Origin: Patescibacteria group bacterium
GTDB taxonomy: Bacteria; Patescibacteriota; Patescibacteriia; UBA2591; UBA6264
DNA: 43,498 nucleotides
Direction: 5' to 3'
NCBI GenBank assembly: GCA_018896315.1
Contig: JAHIMV010000081.1
Span: forward strand, 1-43,498
Below the pieces are notes generated by a model. The model was not told where the DNA came from. It did no database searches and was given only the letters and a program-made list of their open reading frames with translations. Shown in pieces: positions 17,032 to 25,955 of this stretch (position 1 is the first letter of the stretch; every line of letters begins with the position of its first letter). The position numbers and the translations under genes were made by a program.

Positions 17032-18321
17032 ATGAAACAAAAAAAGTTCATATTTAAAAGCTGGTCATCTTCATTAATTATAATTGCTTTGATTAGTTTG
17101 ATTATTGGCGCTTTGGCTGGAACAATTTCTGGTTTCTATGCATCTAGTTTATTAACAAATACGGAAGGGTCTTTTTTATATCCTTTATTACAACAAAAGA
17201 TATTGCATCAATTTCAAGATAAAACAACAGATACAACAAAAGACTTATCAACATCTATTCTTAATAAAGAACAAACAGTTATAGAGGTTGTAGAAAAAGT
17301 CAATCCTTCAGTGGTGAGTATTGTTGTCACTAAGTATGTAACTCAGTACTATGGATTACAAGAATTTCCATTTGATGATTTTTTTAACTCACCGTTTTTT
17401 GAATTTCATGGCCCAAGTATCCCCACTCCTGTACCAAATGAAGAAAAACAAAAACAAGAAGTAGGAGGCGGTACTGGTTTTGTTATTTCTTCAGAAAAGG
17501 GTCTTATTTTAACCAATAAACATGTGGTTAGCGACGAAGAAGCCGAATATACTATTGTGACTAATGATGGAGAAAAATATGAAGCAGAAGTTTTAGCCAG
17601 AGATCCGTTTAATGACATCGCTGTTTTAAAGGTTGCAACTGATAATTTACCGGCAATTCAATTGGGTGATTCAGATCAATTAAAAATAGGAGAAACAGTT
17701 ATTGCTATTGGAAATGCTTTAGGGGAGTATAGAAACACAGTAACGAAGGGGGTAATTAGTGGGATTAGCCGTCGGGTTGTTGCTAGCGGAGCAGGATATT
17801 CAGAAGTCTTAGAGGGTGTTATTCAAACTGATGCAGCAATTAATTTTGGCAACTCAGGGGGTCCTTTAATTAATCTTCAGGGAGAGGTAATAGGTATTAA
17901 TACTGCAATTAGTCGCCAAGGACAATTAATCGGATTTGCTATTCCATCAAATCAAGCCAAACAAGTGGTTGAAAGTGTGGAAAAATATGGGAAAATAGTC
18001 AGGCCATTTTTAGGAATAAGATATCTTATAATTAATCAAGAAATGGCCAATGTAAACAAATTACCATTTGATTATGGGGCATTAATTGTCAGAGGCCAGA
18101 CAATAACAGATTTAGCGGTTATTCCTGGTTCGCCAGCTAATAAAGCGGGTTTAGTGGAAAACGACATTATTTTAGAGATTAATAATGAAAAAATTACAGA
18201 AATAAAGTCTTTAGCAAAGGAGATTCAAAAATACCAACCTGGCGAAGAAATTGAATTAAAAATTTATCATCAAGGCGAAGAAAAAATAATTAAAGTTGTT
18301 TTAGAAGAGTATAAAGAGTAG
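17032..18321 (+). CDS. htrA: HtrA/DegP-family serine protease with PDZ domain
   Basis: N-terminal TM anchor, trypsin-like core with TNKHVV (His), NDIAVLK (Asp), GNSGGPL (Ser), and a C-terminal PDZ-like region (GSPANKAGL). Confidence 0.9.
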   Translation: MKQKKFIFKSWSSSLIIIALISLIIGALAGTISGFYASSLLTNTEGSFLYPLLQQKILHQFQDKTTDTTKDLSTSILNKEQTVIEVVEKVNPSVVSIVVTKYVTQYYGLQEFPFDDFFNSPFFEFHGPSIPTPVPNEEKQKQEVGGGTGFVISSEKGLILTNKHVVSDEEAEYTIVTNDGEKYEAEVLARDPFNDIAVLKVATDNLPAIQLGDSDQLKIGETVIAIGNALGEYRNTVTKGVISGISRRVVASGAGYSEVLEGVIQTDAAINFGNSGGPLINLQGEVIGINTAISRQGQLIGFAIPSNQAKQVVESVEKYGKIVRPFLGIRYLIINQEMANVNKLPFDYGALIVRGQTITDLAVIPGSPANKAGLVENDIILEINNEKITEIKSLAKEIQKYQPGEEIELKIYHQGEEKIIKVVLEEYKE

Positions 18322-18327
18322 AAAATT

Positions 18328-19420
18328 ATGCAGGAATTAATTTCAGAATTAGAAAATTTTAAAAAGAGGCTCCGCAAAGTCGGAGACTATCTTTGACCTT
18401 GTTAAAAATAAACAAGAAATTGAAAAAATTGAAAAAGAGATGGCTGAACCGGATTTTTGGCAGGACCGGGTTAAAGCAGAAGATAAATCAAGAGAATTAG
18501 ATAGATTAAAAGAGGATTTGTTCAAATGGGAAAAAATTCAAAAATCAATAAATGATTGTTTAGAGATTGCCAAATTAGACAAGGATGATCAATCAGTAAA
18601 CTTAAAAAAGGAAATTGAAAAACAATTTTCCATTATTGAACGTCAACTTAATGATTTTGAGAAGTTGACTTTTTTAAATAATAAATATGACAAAGAAAAT
18701 GCCTTTGTTTCTATTTTTGCCGGAGCTGGAGGAGTTGACGCTCAGGACTGGACAGAAATGCTTTTAAGAATGTATTTAAGATTTGCTGAGAAAAAAGGTT
18801 GGCAAGCACAGATAATAGATCATTCTAAAGGAACAGAGGCAGGCATGAAAAGCGTCACCATAGAGGTTAATGGTAAATACGCCTATGGATTTTTAAAAGG
18901 AGAGGCTGGTGTTCATCGTTTGGTGAGGATTTCACCTTTTGATGCAGAACAAATGCGCCATACTTCATTTGCTTTAGTAGAGGTTTTACCAGAGATAAAA
19001 GAGACTGAAATAGAAATTAATCCTGATGATTTAAGAATTGATACTTTTTTGTCTTCTGGTCCTGGTGGTCAGAATATGCAGAAGAATGAAACTGCGGTTA
19101 GAATAGTTCATTTGCCGACAAAAATTACAGTTAGCTGTCAATCACAAAGGTCACAAACCCAGAATAAAGAAAGAGCTTTGCAGATTTTAGAATCAAAACT
19201 TTTTCAATATGCCCAGGCAGAAAAAGAAGAAGAAAAAGCTCGTTTGCGCGGTGAGTTTAAATCTGCTTCTTGGGGTAATCAGATTCGTTCATATGTTATT
19301 CACCCATATCATATGGTTAAAGATTTAAGAACAGGCTATGAGACTAGTAATGTTGATGATATTTTAAATGGAAATTTAGATGAAATAATTGAAAGTTATT
19401 TTCGTTGGAAAAAAGAATAA
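18328..19420 (+). CDS. prfB: peptide chain release factor 2, requires +1 programmed frameshift (join 18328..18393, 18395..19420)
   Basis: Frame 0 reads MQELISELENFKKRLRKVGDYL and stops at CTT TGA C (TGA 18394..18396). The +1 frame continues DLVKNKQEIEKIEKEMAEPDFW into ORF 18440..19420. SPF and GGQ motifs are present. Confidence 0.9.
18381..18397 (+). other. RF2 autoregulatory +1 frameshift site (GGAG .. CUU UGA C)
   Basis: cggagactatCTTTGAC: an internal SD-like GGAG lies upstream of the slippery CUU-UGA-C, as in the classic prfB site. Confidence 0.85.
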
Positions 19421-19423
19421 TTT

Positions 19424-20911
19424 ATGATTAATCTTTCAAAGATAATATTTTATTCAATTCTTTTTTTTATTTTCGGTATTGCTTGGGGCTCTTTTTTATC
19501 AGTCCCATTTTTTATTTATCCAAGTATATTTTTATTTATTTTAATATTTTTATTCTTAATTAAGCCGAAATATTTAATTAAAAATATTTGGTTAGTTGTC
19601 TTTGTCCTATCTTTTTTTATTTTTGGTCTTTGGCGATATCAAATAAGTTTTGATCAAATAAACGAGGACCACATTTCTTTTTACAATGGAGAGAATATTC
19701 TTTTTCAGGGGAAAATAGTTAAAGAACCAGATGTTAAAGTAAATAAAACAAACTTAATTATTGATAAAATTGTTTTTAAAAATAAAAATACTAAAGGAAA
19801 AATTTTAGTTTTTGTTCCTTTATATTCTCATTATCAATTAAATGATTTGTTGCAGATTGAATGTAAATTAGAGCAACCAAAACCAATTGAAGATTTTAAT
19901 TATCATGAATATCTAGCTCGTTATGATATTTATTCAATGTGTGGTTGGGCAGAAATTAAGGTCTTAGAAAAAGGAAATAATAAAGGGGTCTATTCAAAAA
20001 TTTTATGGTTTAAAAATAAAACTGAAAATTCAATTAATATTTATTTTACTGAACCGCAAGGAAGTTTTATTTCTGCATCTTTGCTTGGCTTAAAACGCCA
20101 AGTTCCTCAAGAGGTTAGAGATTGGTTTAGTCGATCTGGAATTTCTCACATTTTAGCAATTTCTGGACTACATATATCGATTTTAGCTCAGTTGATTATG
20201 ATTTTTTGTACCAGTGTTTTATTAATTCGTCGGCAAAAAGCTTTCTGGCCCACCCTTATAATTATTATTTTATTTGTTTTTTTAGCCGGGGCTCCGGCTT
20301 CAGCTGTAAGGGCAGCTATTATGGGCTTGGGTTTAATTTGGACACAAAAAATTGGCCGACCTCAAGCAGGGAAAAGAATAATTATTTATACTGCAGCAAT
20401 AATGTTATTGATTAACCCAAAACTTTTAAAGGTTGATATTGGATTTCAACTCTCTTTTATGGCTGTTTTTGGTTTAAGCTTGCTCCCAGAATATTTTAAT
20501 CAATTTTTTCAAAAGATTCCTAATTTTAGGATTTTTCCTTTCCGTCAATATTTGTCTACCACTTTAAGCGCGCAGATTTTTGTTTTACCATTAGTTTTAT
20601 ATTATTTTGGAAACCTTTCATTAATTGCTCCCTTAACTAATGTTTTAGTTTTGTCAGTTATGCCTTTAATTATGACTTTAGGTTTTTTGTTTGCCTTAGC
20701 CGGTTTGATTCATTTTTGGTTGGCAAAAATTGTTTTTTATCCTCTTTGGCTATTATTAACCGCAATTATTTTAATAGCTAAAATAGGGGCAAATATTCCA
20801 GGTTTATCTTTTATTTTTGCTGATTTTCCTTTATTTTTAGTAATTATTTTATATATTTTAATTATTTTTTGGTTAGTTAAAATTAAGAAAAATGAGCATC
20901 AAAAAATTTAA
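19424..20911 (+). CDS. comEC: ComEC/Rec2 DNA internalisation channel (OB/DUF4131-like plus competence domain, no MBL domain)
   Basis: Polytopic membrane protein with SGISHILAISGLHISIL and GAPASAVRAAIMG motifs typical of the ComEC competence domain. Confidence 0.8.
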   Translation: MINLSKIIFYSILFFIFGIAWGSFLSVPFFIYPSIFLFILIFLFLIKPKYLIKNIWLVVFVLSFFIFGLWRYQISFDQINEDHISFYNGENILFQGKIVKEPDVKVNKTNLIIDKIVFKNKNTKGKILVFVPLYSHYQLNDLLQIECKLEQPKPIEDFNYHEYLARYDIYSMCGWAEIKVLEKGNNKGVYSKILWFKNKTENSINIYFTEPQGSFISASLLGLKRQVPQEVRDWFSRSGISHILAISGLHISILAQLIMIFCTSVLLIRRQKAFWPTLIIIILFVFLAGAPASAVRAAIMGLGLIWTQKIGRPQAGKRIIIYTAAIMLLINPKLLKVDIGFQLSFMAVFGLSLLPEYFNQFFQKIPNFRIFPFRQYLSTTLSAQIFVLPLVLYYFGNLSLIAPLTNVLVLSVMPLIMTLGFLFALAGLIHFWLAKIVFYPLWLLLTAIILIAKIGANIPGLSFIFADFPLFLVIILYILIIFWLVKIKKNEHQKI

Positions 20912-21770
20912 AATACTTGTTTTTGGCATTGGCATACTTTTATTAATTAATTTAATTGTTTTAGGTTATTGGTTTGTTTTGTTTAATGGAAATGTTTCTG
21001 AAGATAGTTTGAAGGTAGTTTTTTTAAATGTTGGACAAGGAGATGCGGCCTTGATTCAGACATCTCAACAAGATATTTTAGTTGATGGAGGTCCTGATAA
21101 AAATATTATTTATAAATTGGATAAGTATATTCCTTTTTATGATAGAGAAATAGACTTGATGATTTTAACTCATTTAGATTCAGACCACTTAACAGGTTTG
21201 GTTGAGGTTTTAAAACGTTATCCAGTTAAGAAAATTATAAGCAATGGATTAAAAAATTATGATTCAATAGCGTTGGAGTGGGAGAGACTAATCCAAGAAA
21301 AAAATATTCCTCAACAAATAGCAGATATTCCTTTAACTATTTTGTTAGATGAGCAAACCTTGATAGAATTTTTATGGCCTAGCCAAGATTTAATTAAAGA
21401 ATCAAAGGGTGATGATAATTTTACTTCTTTAGTTTTTAAATTAACTCATGGAAATAATAAATTTTTGTTTACCGGAGATGTGCCAAAAGAAGTAGAGGAA
21501 ATATTAGCAGCAACAGAGAATGATTTAAAAGCGGACGTTTTAAAGGCTGGCCATCATGGTTCAAAATATTCTTCAACTATGGAATTTTTAAGCAAGGTTA
21601 AGCCTAAATACGGGGTTATTTCTTGCGGTGAGAATAATTTTGGTCATCCTAGTTTGCGGGTTTTAAAAAATTTAGAAAATATTAGGGCGGAGATTTTAAG
21701 AACAGACCAATTAGGAGATGTTATATTTTTAAGTGATGGACAAGAATTAACATTGACATCTAAAAAATAA
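20892..21770 (+). CDS. membrane-anchored metallo-beta-lactamase-fold hydrolase (stand-alone ComEC C-terminal domain)
   Basis: N-terminal TM, then LNVGQGDA, THLDSDH, AGHHGS motifs. Overlaps comEC by 20 nt. Confidence 0.8.
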   Translation: MSIKKFKILVFGIGILLLINLIVLGYWFVLFNGNVSEDSLKVVFLNVGQGDAALIQTSQQDILVDGGPDKNIIYKLDKYIPFYDREIDLMILTHLDSDHLTGLVEVLKRYPVKKIISNGLKNYDSIALEWERLIQEKNIPQQIADIPLTILLDEQTLIEFLWPSQDLIKESKGDDNFTSLVFKLTHGNNKFLFTGDVPKEVEEILAATENDLKADVLKAGHHGSKYSSTMEFLSKVKPKYGVISCGENNFGHPSLRVLKNLENIRAEILRTDQLGDVIFLSDGQELTLTSKK

Positions 21771-21833
21771 ATTGTTATCCTGTTTTTAATTGTAGTTTAT
21801 TTTTAAAATAATATAATAAAAATATATCTGCCC

Positions 21834-21978
21834 ACACCCCAATTTTGCGAGATATGTCATGGCAACGCACTCGCTTCGCTCGGGCTTATTCAGCCACTGC
21901 GTTGAGAGGACTAAACAAGAGATGTTAAAATAATAAAAAATGTTAGCAGAGTTTAAGGTGGCAAAATTGAGGCGGGGT
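21834..21978 (+). repeat. family C ~145-nt element with ACCCC..GGGGT termini upstream of the atypical kinase gene
   Basis: acaccccaattttgc ... ggcaaaattgaggcggggt outer pairing, inner caacgca..tgcgttg stem, followed by the same gctcataattgtaacg leader module as at rplE. Confidence 0.6.
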
Positions 21979-22030
21979 GCTCATAATTGTAACGAAATTT
22001 TTTTCGTTACACTCATAAATTTCGACAATT
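21979..22030 (+). promoter_or_regulatory. leader module L2 (gctcataattg + gtaacgaaat hairpin + caattATG) before the atypical kinase gene
   Basis: gctCATAATTGtaacgaaatttttttcgttacactcataaatttcgaCAATTATG. The 5' cataattg is complementary to caattatg, which contains the start codon. Confidence 0.75.
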
Positions 22031-23122
22031 ATGGCAAAAGAATTTGAAAAAGATTTTCCTTGGTCTTTATCTAAAACTAAAACAGAAGGCTTGAATAAAG
22101 AATTTAATTTAAGCCAATTGTCCAAACGTCATCAATATTTTAAAGCCAAAGTTGGAAAAGAAATTGAAGGACTAAAGCAATATCTTGATAAGAATACTTT
22201 TATTGCTTATTGGTTAGGTAAAAAGAATTCAGGAAAAGGCACTTATTCAAAATTAATGTTAGAAATTTTTGGCAAGGATAGAATTAATCATGTTTCTGTT
22301 GGAGACGTAGTGAGAGAGGCGTGTGAAAAACTAAAAGATCCGAAACAAAGAGAAGAGATAGTTGATTATTTGAAAAAAAATTATCGGGGATATATTTCTG
22401 TTGATGAAGCAGTAGAAAGCATCTTAAATAGAGACACAAAAAGCCTTTTACCCACAGAATTTATTCTTACTTTAGTTAAAAGAGAAATTGATAAAATGCC
22501 CAAAAAGAGCCTTTTTATTGATGGTTTTCCTCGTAATATGGATCAGGTCTCTTATTCTTTGTATTTCAGAGATTTAATCAATTACAGGGAAGATCCAGAT
22601 GTTTTTATTGGAATTGATATCCCTGAGCAAGTAATTGATCAAAGAATGAAATCAAGAGTTGTTTGTCCTAAATGTCATACGCCAAGGAGTTTGAAATTAT
22701 TGCCAACTCAAGAGGTCGGTTATGATCCAGAAAAAAAGGAATTTTATTTAATGTGCGATGATCCAGATTGTGATAAAGCAAGAATGACTGCTAAAGAAGG
22801 AGATAATTTAGGCATTGAATCAATTAGAGAAAGATTAGAGTTAGACGAAAAATTAATAAATAAAATATTTTCTTTACACGGAGTACCAAAGGTTTTATTA
22901 AGAAACGCTTTACCTGTTTCTGAAGCAGAAAAATTAGTAGATAAGTATGAAATAACACCAGAATATGATTATGAATTAATTGAAGAAAATAAAGTACAGA
23001 CGAAAGAAAAACCATGGACAGTAAAAGATGATCAGGGAAGGGAAATTTATAGTCTTTTGGCTCCGCCAGTAGTAGTTTCTTTAATTAAACAGTTGTATAA
23101 CATTTTTGTTGAAAAGAATTAA
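22031..23122 (+). CDS. atypical adenylate-kinase-fold nucleoside monophosphate kinase (363 aa)
   Basis: P-loop GKKNSGKGT, DGFPR motif, Zn-type LID CPKCH..CDDPDC, plus N-terminal (~60 aa) and C-terminal (~100 aa) extensions absent from the canonical adk at 38128. Confidence 0.6.
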   Translation: MAKEFEKDFPWSLSKTKTEGLNKEFNLSQLSKRHQYFKAKVGKEIEGLKQYLDKNTFIAYWLGKKNSGKGTYSKLMLEIFGKDRINHVSVGDVVREACEKLKDPKQREEIVDYLKKNYRGYISVDEAVESILNRDTKSLLPTEFILTLVKREIDKMPKKSLFIDGFPRNMDQVSYSLYFRDLINYREDPDVFIGIDIPEQVIDQRMKSRVVCPKCHTPRSLKLLPTQEVGYDPEKKEFYLMCDDPDCDKARMTAKEGDNLGIESIRERLELDEKLINKIFSLHGVPKVLLRNALPVSEAEKLVDKYEITPEYDYELIEENKVQTKEKPWTVKDDQGREIYSLLAPPVVVSLIKQLYNIFVEKN

Positions 23123-23149
23123 AAGGTTAATTTATTGTGGAAAAGGGCC

Positions 23150-23177
23150 TTGTCAAAGAAAATAAGTATGTTAGAAT
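23150..23177 (+). promoter_or_regulatory. candidate tuf promoter, TTGTCA-16 nt-TAGAAT
   Basis: ttgtca (23150..23155), 16-nt spacer, tagaat (23172..23177). Followed by a tcacgg..ccgtga hairpin and a GAGG Shine-Dalgarno sequence. Confidence 0.45.
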
Positions 23178-23273
23178 TAATGCACATTTAAATAGTCTAC
23201 TTATTAAAATTAATTGATTCACGGTTATAATAATTTGTTAATAAATAAGCCGTGATGAAACGAGGTAATTAAT

Positions 23274-24479
23274 ATGGCAGTAAAAGAAAAATTTGAAAGA
23301 GACAAGCCGCACGTAAATGTTGGTACTATTGGTCATGTTGACCATGGAAAAACTACTTTAACAGCGGCTATGTTAAAATGCTTAAAAGCATCTGGTAAAA
23401 AGGCCGAAGAAAAATCTGTTGATCAAATTGATAATGCTCCAGAAGAAAGAGAAAGGGGTATTACAATTGCTTTAGCTCACTTGGAATATACAACTGATAA
23501 ACGTCATTATGCTCACATTGATTGTCCTGGTCATGCAGACTATATTAAAAACATGATTACTGGGGCGGCACAAATGGATGGCTCAATTTTGGTTATTTCC
23601 GCTACTGACGGACCAATGCCGCAAACAAGAGAGCATATTCTTTTAGCTAGACAGGTTGGAGTTCCGGCAATGATTGTTTATTTAAATAAAACTGACCAAG
23701 TGCAAGACAAGGAATTAATTGAATTAGTCAAAGAAGAAGTTAAAGAATTGCTTAAGAAGTATGAATTTCCTGGCGATGAAATTCCTATTATTGAAGGATC
23801 AGCTTTAAAAGCTTTGGAATGTGGTTGTGGTAAAACAGATTGTCCACATTGCGGTTCAATACTTAAGTTGGTTGAAGTCCTTGATAGCTATATCCCTGAG
23901 CCAAAAAGAGACACTGATAAACCATTTTTAATGCCTATTGAAGACATCTTTACTATTGAAGGCAGAGGAACCGTAGTTACAGGTAAAATTGAAAGAGGAA
24001 TTGTTAAATTAAATGAAGAAATAGAAATTGTTGGATTAAGACCTACTCAAAAAACCGTAGTTACTGGAATTGAAATGTTTAGAAAGTCTTTAGAAGAAGG
24101 AATGGCTGGCGATAACGCCGGTATTCTTTTACGCGGCACTAAAAAAACAGACGTAGAAAGAGGTCAGGTTCTTGCCAAGCCAGGTACGGTTAAACCTCAT
24201 ACTGAGTTTGAAGGAAAAGTTTATATTCTTTCCAAGGAAGAGGGTGGCCGTCATACCCCATTTTTTAAAGGGTATAAGCCACAATTCTATATCCGGACTA
24301 CTGATGTTACTGGTGAAGTAACCTTGCCCGAGGGAACAGAAATGGCCATGCCAGGTGATACACTTAATATTAATGTTAAATTGAATAAGGAAATTGCTTT
24401 AGAAGAACAACAGAGATTTGCCCTTAGAGAAGGTGGCAAAACTGTCGGGGCAGGCGTAGTAACAAAACTCATTAAATAA
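23274..24479 (+). CDS. tuf: elongation factor Tu
   Basis: [23 protein letters not shown] GTPase motifs. GAGG Shine-Dalgarno sequence 8 nt upstream of the ATG. Confidence 0.97.
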   Translation: MAVKEKFERDKPHVNVGTIGHVDHGKTTLTAAMLKCLKASGKKAEEKSVDQIDNAPEERERGITIALAHLEYTTDKRHYAHIDCPGHADYIKNMITGAAQMDGSILVISATDGPMPQTREHILLARQVGVPAMIVYLNKTDQVQDKELIELVKEEVKELLKKYEFPGDEIPIIEGSALKALECGCGKTDCPHCGSILKLVEVLDSYIPEPKRDTDKPFLMPIEDIFTIEGRGTVVTGKIERGIVKLNEEIEIVGLRPTQKTVVTGIEMFRKSLEEGMAGDNAGILLRGTKKTDVERGQVLAKPGTVKPHTEFEGKVYILSKEEGGRHTPFFKGYKPQFYIRTTDVTGEVTLPEGTEMAMPGDTLNINVKLNKEIALEEQQRFALREGGKTVGAGVVTKLIK

Positions 24480-24604
24480 AAATGCGATACCAATATACTA
24501 ATACATACGAATTATACGAATAATTTGAAGTATTAGTGTGTCGTAATGTTAAATTTGTATTATTAGTATCAATTTGTATATTAGCATTGATTTAGTTCTT
24601 TGTA
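24480..24604. repeat. family D copy 3 (tuf-rpsJ spacer)
   Basis: gcgataccaatatactaatacatacgaattatacgaat ... attagtatcaatttgtatattagcattgat. Confidence 0.8.
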
Positions 24605-24964
24605 ATGACGAAAGAAAAAATTAAGACACAAAAATCAATTAAAAAAGAAGAGGCTAAATACCAGCCGAGAATTCGGATTAAAATTAAATCATATGACCAT
24701 CGAGTTATTGATGAAGCTTTAAAAGGAATTATTGAAGCGATTTCTCGGTCTGGCGCCAAGGTAATTGGCCCGATTTTTCTCCCTACAGAGAAAAAAAAAT
24801 ATACGGTCCTTCGTTCCTCTTTTGTTCATAAAGATTCTCGAGATCAGTTTGAGAAAAGAATTCACAAGAGGTTGCTTGATATTACTGATTTTAATCCCCA
24901 AACATTAGAAACTCTAACTGGCCTTCATTTGCCAGCAGGAGTAGATGTGGAAATTAAAATGTAA
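24605..24964 (+). CDS. rpsJ: 30S ribosomal protein S10 (with ~20-aa Lys-rich N-terminal extension)
   Basis: IRIKIKSYDHRVIDEA..PTEKKKYTVLRS.FVHKDSRDQFE.R.HKRLLDI. First gene of the S10 cluster, after tuf. Confidence 0.9.
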   Translation: MTKEKIKTQKSIKKEEAKYQPRIRIKIKSYDHRVIDEALKGIIEAISRSGAKVIGPIFLPTEKKKYTVLRSSFVHKDSRDQFEKRIHKRLLDITDFNPQTLETLTGLHLPAGVDVEIKM

Positions 24965-24974
24965 AGAGTTTTTT

Positions 24975-25018
24975 CAAAAATTTTAAAGTTGAGATTAGCG
25001 AAACTGCAGAAATTTTTG
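24975..25018 (+). repeat. H1 hairpin module, copy after the rpsJ stop
   Basis: caaaaattt ..agcgaa.. aaatttttg (9-bp stem). Preceded by taa-agag and followed by ttagaaaaccttt plus core A. Confidence 0.7.
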
Positions 25019-25031
25019 TTAGAAAACCTTT

Positions 25032-25089
25032 ACCCTGTTAAATAATTTCGCTTTTAGCGAAATTGCCGCAAGGCGGCATTTAACAGGGT
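25032..25089 (+). repeat. family A Y-shaped 58-nt core, copy a (rpsJ-rplC spacer)
   Basis: accctgttaaat[aatttcgc-tttt-agcgaaatt][gccgc-aag-gcggc]atttaacagggt: a 12-bp outer stem enclosing two hairpins. Confidence 0.9.
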
Positions 25090-25337
25090 TCTCGAAAATC
25101 TAACAAAATTTTCATCGTTCCCTAAACTCGAAAATTTTGAGATTTTCGGAATAATTTGATCAGGGGAAAGCAAGGTTAAAAGTGAACTCTTAAGTTTCAT
25201 AAGAGTTATTGTTTAATCAAACTTTTTCTTAATTTTGAGGTTCAAAATTCTCTAAAGAGATGACAATTTAGTCAAATTTTTCACAGCCAGGCTTAAGGTC
25301 AGAGAAATTTGGTCTCAAACCTGGTTTTTTAATACCT

Positions 25338-25955
25338 ATGAAATTCATTCTTGGGAAAAAAATAGAAATGTCCCAAATTTTTAAAGGGGACAAGGTTATT
25401 CCGGTAACAAAAATTCAAGCCGGCCCTTGTTTGATTACTCAAATTAAAACACAAGAAAAAGACGGTTATGAGGCTATTCAGATTGGATTTGCTAAGAAAA
25501 GAAAGAATACTAAATCATTATTAGGTCATTTAAAAAAGGGTTTAGCTGACAAAGAGTATAATCGATATTTAAAAGAATTTAAAACAGAAAGGGGTGATTT
25601 AAAAATTGGAGATAAGATAAAAGTTGATATTTTTCAACCTGGAGATAAAATAAAGATTGTTGGTACCTCTAAAGGAAAAGGGTTTCAAGGAGTAGTTAAG
25701 CGACATGGTTTTCATGGAGCATCAGCTACACATGGAACCAAAGATCAAGAAAGAATGCCTGGTTCAATTGGAGCCACTGGTCCTGCCAGAGTTTTTAAAG
25801 GAAAAAAAATGCCTGGAAGAATGGGAGGCAAACAAGTTACAGTTAAAATTTTAGAGATTATAGAGGTTAATCCAGAAGAAAATTTATTATTAGTCAAAGG
25901 ATCTGTTCCTGGGGCAAGGAACTCATTATTAGAAATTACTCAAGTAAAATATTAA
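25338..25955 (+). CDS. rplC: 50S ribosomal protein L3
   Basis: ILGKKIEMSQIF.., GKGFQGVVKRHGF, conserved cluster position. Confidence 0.93.
   Translation: MKFILGKKIEMSQIFKGDKVIPVTKIQAGPCLITQIKTQEKDGYEAIQIGFAKKRKNTKSLLGHLKKGLADKEYNRYLKEFKTERGDLKIGDKIKVDIFQPGDKIKIVGTSKGKGFQGVVKRHGFHGASATHGTKDQERMPGSIGATGPARVFKGKKMPGRMGGKQVTVKILEIIEVNPEENLLLVKGSVPGARNSLLEITQVKY

Noticed and set aside
17406-17618. ORF 17406..17618 (-)
   Set aside because: It is antisense to the htrA protease domain and has no independent support.
18394-18396. In-frame TGA in prfB as evidence of UGA recoding or a pseudogene
   Set aside because: The context CTT TGA C with upstream GGAG is the canonical RF2 +1 frameshift site, and the +1 frame continues into a full-length RF2.
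20206-20415. ORF 20206..20415 (+)
   Set aside because: It is an alternative frame inside the comEC competence domain, and the main frame carries the conserved motifs.
21943-22125. ORF 21943..22125 (-)
   Set aside because: It overlaps the L2 leader module and the 5' end of the kinase-like gene on the opposite strand, and its sequence is repeat-derived.
22824-24901. ORFs 22824..23015 (-), 24287..24493 (-), 24719..24901 (-)
   Set aside because: They are antisense to the kinase-like gene, tuf and rpsJ respectively. All are shadow ORFs.
25032-25089. Family A core as an integron attC site (contains GTTAAAT and ATTTAAC, resembling GTTRRRY / RYYYAAC)
   Set aside because: The order is reversed relative to attC (RYYYAAC should be 5' and GTTRRRY 3'). 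The flanking genes are conserved-order ribosomal-protein genes rather than cassettes, and no intI is present.
25287-25330. ccagg..cctgg + TTTTTT as a confident rho-independent terminator upstream of rplC
   Set aside because: The stem is only 5 bp (plus 2 after a mismatch) with a loop of about 22 nt, which is weak by usual criteria. It is kept only as part of the rpsJ-rplC spacer finding.
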